20,000 bases of DNA from an uncultured virus (IMG/VR IMGVR_UViG_3300036944_000852) (lineage: Duplodnaviria; Heunggongvirae; Uroviricota; Caudoviricetes), in the IMG/VR virus record IMGVR_UViG_3300036944_000852, one strand, 5' to 3'. Position numbers and translations under genes: made by a program. Position 1 is the first letter of the stretch; each line of letters opens with the position of its first letter. The notes beneath the pieces are model-generated. The model searched no databases. It was not told where the DNA came from and was given only the letters and a program-made list of their open reading frames with translations. Below, piece by piece: positions 17,001-20,000 of this stretch.

Positions 17001-17205
17001 CATCCACGACTTTAACGAACTTAGGAGCATCAATTGCAATTACAGTTGTAGGATCCTGGCCAGTGGTGGTTTCACCAGTTGCAACTGCAGCAGTTACCTG
17101 AGACTCGGTTAGTAGATTTATTGGACGAAGCTCTACAGATTTGACTCTCTGGTCGAGCCTGCTCATTAGAGTCGTTAATTTTTTACGACGTCTACGAATA
17201 CCCAT
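14071..17205 (-). CDS. Tail fibre / host-specificity protein with FN3 domains and C-terminal peptidase S74 intramolecular chaperone
   Basis: PPAAPTNL...VTLSWTAP...GYRIKWR...YYFQLIA (FN3), a second FN3-like domain, pentapeptide I-x-A-x-x repeats, and SSDRRVKESI...GFIAQDV...LIPYLTKAIQEL plus terminal coiled coil (S74). Confidence 0.88.
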   Translation of the reverse strand: MGIRRRRKKLTTLMSRLDQRVKSVELRPINLLTESQVTAAVATGETTTGQDPTTVIAIDAPKFVKVVDAIAYPKKYTGSTDLVEIYLEADLELSNGDRLEVSGIHGTADVNIDVDGDNFKVLGTDTPPWTGRTLTSGKPRHDPTTTTWSTVTNTYTFQPETAAPTTWTRYYRLQTRKKVDSYSITGTTVTLTLNSAHKFQAEDVFFVDIFAEDSRAYGIDGLFRIDSVTSNTIVYTLDAGGVDTPVPTTVPDADVYVYPVAKKYLAEGSTWADSANNKIYYWNGIRWIDYSLVADPVRDGDPPAAPTNLQITSEGVVSTNVSFPTAKVTLSWTAPTLTKAGEPLEDLIGYRIKWRRTTSEDWRIKDVPVITATSYTLDDDAIFAQGKLYYFQLIALDSGQQESDPVSKTHTTAIKTTPISAVGPTAPIIESKLGTMTVKWNGLLATTPPSEPPADLLYLKIHRSTVSGFTPSDSTLIATISAVANNYAIFSDVQYNTDYYFRFVVSDSSGVQSLVSAQSAARVTPLVNTDLLVANVLNSWSFAGNLISAGALANGSINAASLLGPNVVTQNAISANAIGANQIAAGSIIAGKIGADAVTANTVAANAISAGAIQANAIEADKIKVGALDGKLITGATVRTSNTNPRVEMNNTGLYAYNSGGGLTFRILSSDGSVYIASGVQIGGYATSGQLDSVSTTATTASSTANAASNTAANALSTASGKLGPGQAAADVNAYRDTTTIDGGAITTGTLDANRIKADSILGGTMRTATSGARIEIRGANSAAPGIVGYKASGTAFRLYSNGMAYLDDVIADTITVGSGGTVTGGIIRTSASGQRVEIRGDTDSVQFRDTSGLLRGEIEGIGTGLFLSSGALTGSMTVGSGVQLNDSNGTVASFTNSGQLLTIVGTTTSAANMRRNDNRTAIQVVSSDRRVKESITPISQGLSVVSQLQPVTFNSKVDETDKLFSGFIAQDVANVLPISEFTVVDENLDMVPNMDGADSLGFDTDPLLSLNHIELIPYLTKAIQELSEKNAQLEARLEALEGN

Positions 17206-19316
17206 TAGATGGTCACCTTTCCATCAATAATTGTAATTCCAGAGATAGGGATTGACGGCTCTGTGATTAGCTCTACAGATACCTCTTCCGGATACCCCGG
17301 GCTATCTGGAACAGACACATCGTAAGATACAATCTTTCTAACTAAAACACCGTTATCCGAACCATAGTCTTGCTCTAAGTAGCTGTCTGCTCTCAAGGAA
17401 ACAAAATCATCGTTAAGCTTCACAGAACACCAGTCGCCAGGGCTGTACGTTCCTAGCTTAGGGTGAGCAGAGCCATTGACAGCTATCGTGAATGTGCTAA
17501 TTGGCGGCACAGACTCCTCAAGCAATCTAGAGGCCTGTTTCCAGAGAACAGTCTCATCCGGCGAGTCGAGGGTCTCTACCGCATCTAGGATTGGCCAACC
17601 CTGTCTCAATAGCTTGTGGTTGGACGCGCCCGAGTATGGTTGGCTTGCGTCAGACGAGAGTCTCTCGTCCTTGCCTTGAACAAAAAATCTAGTTGCAGCA
17701 TCTTCTGCATTCTCTTCGAATTCAGCCTCTAAGACATTTCCAGGATATTCGAAAATTAGAGTAGTAGCGCCATAAGCACTAGCCGGAATAGACCCGGAGA
17801 ATCCTGTCTCTTGCTCCTCTAGCCAAGCGGTTAAGCTAGCCGGAACTAGTGGTAGGAACTTGAAGTATTTTTTGAAAGAGTTCGTGGCCTGGTCGTAAGC
17901 GCAGTCGACTCGGTACTCGAAACCATTAGGTTTAGTGGCGTAGTCTTCAAAAATCTCGGCTATTGTTTTTAGTTCGAAGCCTCTAATTAAAGGGTTAGCC
18001 TCTCGCTTAGAGCTGAAGTCGTCGTTGTAGCTTAAATCTAGACCTATGTCGCCTAGGGTAGAGAACTCACCGAAGGTTCCGTACGTAGCGGACGCCCTGC
18101 GAGTTGCCGTAGGAGGGAATGATGTTGATCCGCTATCTGTATAGCTTTTAGCTATGTTAGCTCCGGTCATAACGACCTGGAATTGGGTAGCAGACTGCTG
18201 AACATCTGGATCCACGTAGATTGTGTGGTAGCCATCAAAGCTCTCACTCACGTTTTCAATGTAAATAATGTCGCCTTCGGTGAAGGTGTGACTATTAGAT
18301 GTCTCGAAGGTTGCGATGTTCCCATAACGCTTGTAGCTAGTTATGGTTTCAGGGAAATCCACTTCTGATACTTCGGTAACATTGTTACCTGAGTTAGCAT
18401 AGGTAAAAGATTTGTCAGTCAAAATAGACAAAACAATTGCCTCTTTATCATTAAACGAGGCATCAGCCTGTACGTCAGCGATCGAAACCTTTTGACCTGG
18501 AACTAACTCTTGCTTCTTGAGCGTAGTCACGGTGGCTATGTTGTTTGACCTACTAATCTTGCTTATCTCATTAAATAGATCTATGCCTGGGCGGATTGCA
18601 TCGTTTGCAAAGTCAAAGTCAAACAGGTCAGTATTCAATTCTCTCAGTAGGTCCTGAGCAAATTGATAAGTGTCTTGTCTAGTTTCTACAGTGATCGGGT
18701 TGTCTGCGCCAATGGCGATCTCCGGTATAGTCTTTTCGTTGCCCTGATCGTCCACATAAGTAGCTGGCACTGTAATTACTGATCTATCGTCATCAGTCAG
18801 CCCTGCAGTCAGCACTTCAAAATAGCCGTTGTACTTTGTATAGTCTTTAATCCAGTAGAGATAGACTGCTTCGCCAACGGAGAAGTTGTACTGTCCGCCG
18901 CTTAGAGTGACAGTAAGCGTATCTTCAACTACCTCGGCCGTGGCCTCGTAGGAGCTATTCCAAGTCTTCCAGACAACTCGATGAGATAGATAGCTAGTGA
19001 ACTCTGCTGCTGTAACCGACAAAACTTTATCAACTAGGCTGTAAGTTCTTCCCCAGATTATTCCGCCCCAGACGCATACGCCGTTTCTAACTGCATAAAG
19101 TACGGTTTTACCTGGCAGAGTGTTTTCGTAGAGGCTAAGGTTGTAAGTGTCTTCGGTGATAGCTATATCACCAGTAAATCGACCAGCTTCAGTTAGAGAT
19201 CTAGAGTAAGAGACGCCCTTAAACGGGACTTCAGCTAACAGCTCGTTAGTCATTAAATCGCAAACAAAGTAGCGGTAATCCACTGACTGATTGTCTGGCG
19301 AGGTTGATACTGGCAT
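17205..19316 (-). CDS. Minor tail protein (siphovirus Gp37-like / Tal-hub type) with inserted beta-domains
   Basis: YRYFVCDL...LLAEVP...SYSRSL..AG.F.G...RNGVCVWGGIIW N-terminus and ..PGDWCSVKL.D...RKIVSYDV C-terminus. Located between the Dit-like and fibre genes. Confidence 0.8.
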   Translation of the reverse strand: MPVSTSPDNQSVDYRYFVCDLMTNELLAEVPFKGVSYSRSLTEAGRFTGDIAITEDTYNLSLYENTLPGKTVLYAVRNGVCVWGGIIWGRTYSLVDKVLSVTAAEFTSYLSHRVVWKTWNSSYEATAEVVEDTLTVTLSGGQYNFSVGEAVYLYWIKDYTKYNGYFEVLTAGLTDDDRSVITVPATYVDDQGNEKTIPEIAIGADNPITVETRQDTYQFAQDLLRELNTDLFDFDFANDAIRPGIDLFNEISKISRSNNIATVTTLKKQELVPGQKVSIADVQADASFNDKEAIVLSILTDKSFTYANSGNNVTEVSEVDFPETITSYKRYGNIATFETSNSHTFTEGDIIYIENVSESFDGYHTIYVDPDVQQSATQFQVVMTGANIAKSYTDSGSTSFPPTATRRASATYGTFGEFSTLGDIGLDLSYNDDFSSKREANPLIRGFELKTIAEIFEDYATKPNGFEYRVDCAYDQATNSFKKYFKFLPLVPASLTAWLEEQETGFSGSIPASAYGATTLIFEYPGNVLEAEFEENAEDAATRFFVQGKDERLSSDASQPYSGASNHKLLRQGWPILDAVETLDSPDETVLWKQASRLLEESVPPISTFTIAVNGSAHPKLGTYSPGDWCSVKLNDDFVSLRADSYLEQDYGSDNGVLVRKIVSYDVSVPDSPGYPEEVSVELITEPSIPISGITIIDGKVTI

Positions 19317-19352
19317 CTTATGTCCTTGATTGTCTTTCTAGTAGTTTAGCAG

Positions 19353-20000
19353 CTATCCGATCCAGCCAGATCTCCAAAGAATTTGACAGCTGTAGCTGCT
19401 GCTAACTAAGTTATTGTCAGTTTCATATTTAATGACGTTAACGCCAGGCTCTAGGTACATCCAATCCACTAAAACAGAGGCCTTACTTCTGGCGTTCACG
19501 ACAATGTCTTCGCCACCAGATACAGGGGTCACCTTAATTACTTCTCGGTTGTATGTGTCAAGCTCCAAGACATCTGAAGAAGACACCGTTGAGATTAGAT
19601 TAATAGATTCTGCAGTTGTGTCATTTATAATTGACCAGTAGTTCGAGTCAGAAGCACTGACACCGCCAGTTAGCGCAAAAATCACAGGGACAGGTACGTT
19701 TCCAGTGTTCTCGACTGAGACTTGAGACCCAACTGTTACCGTTGCAGACCTATATCCATCCGGGTTGCCGTCTACGTACTCGTACTTGATTGGGTCAACT
19801 GCCTTAAGCCCGATAGAGAAGTCATGTCTACCACGTGCATTTACGCTAGTGATCTGAGGTGCACCGCTTAAGCGTACATAGGAGCCTTTACCATTATTGC
19901 TAGTGCCATTTTCATACACTACTAGCCAGCCACCAGTCTTAACTAGGTTTGCAGCTTGGATTAGTGCATTTCGAGCAGCTGCAACATCGGCTGGCTTCTG
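19353..20000 (-). CDS. Distal tail (Dit)-like minor tail protein, 5'-truncated by the window edge
   Basis: The frame stays open to base 20000 (QKPADVAAARNALIQAANLVKTGGWLVVYENG...). FSIGLKAVDPIKY, NTGNVPVP, W.YLEPGVNVI and terminal WRSGWIG are Dit-like. Confidence 0.8.
   Translation of the reverse strand, partial: QKPADVAAARNALIQAANLVKTGGWLVVYENGTSNNGKGSYVRLSGAPQITSVNARGRHDFSIGLKAVDPIKYEYVDGNPDGYRSATVTVGSQVSVENTGNVPVPVIFALTGGVSASDSNYWSIINDTTAESINLISTVSSSDVLELDTYNREVIKVTPVSGGEDIVVNARSKASVLVDWMYLEPGVNVIKYETDNNLVSSSYSCQILWRSGWIG

Noticed and set aside
4242..19641. Short + strand and alternate-frame ORFs within the minus-strand block (e.g. 12324-12611, 14192-14437, 15251-15463, 19414-19641)
   Set aside because: They are antisense or out-of-frame shadows of strongly supported genes, with no motifs or RBS support noted.
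1..20000. tRNA, rRNA, integrase, transposase, intron or intein
   Set aside because: Intergenic gaps are all under about 75 nt with no cloverleaf seen. Polymerase and helicase are of normal length without intein motifs.

Overview
This window is part of a tailed (siphovirus-like) phage genome, most likely infecting an Actinobacterium; this is inferred from a WhiB gene, an MSMEG_6728-type glycosylase and a leaderless SigA-type promoter. Two gene blocks converge at about 4005. The + strand block (1-4007) is a tightly coupled operon: small HTH/Cys protein, metallophosphoesterase, sulfotransferase-like protein, APS kinase fused to an HxGH nucleotidyltransferase, DUF2061-like membrane protein and GT2-TPR glycosyltransferase. 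The - strand block (20000 to 4004) runs from tail genes (Dit-like, minor tail protein, tail fibre with S74 chaperone) straight into replication and recombination genes (PolA, RuvC-like, SNF2 helicase, Cas4/RecB-like nuclease, AAA ATPase, DUF669 SSB-like). It ends with a GT-B-like protein, hypotheticals, a pyrimidine-dimer glycosylase-like gene and a WhiB-zinc ribbon fusion. The best candidate for an undescribed system is the + strand cassette, which looks like a self-contained phage pathway for PAPS synthesis, sulfation and glycosylation. All family assignments come from motifs read by eye; no database searches were run.
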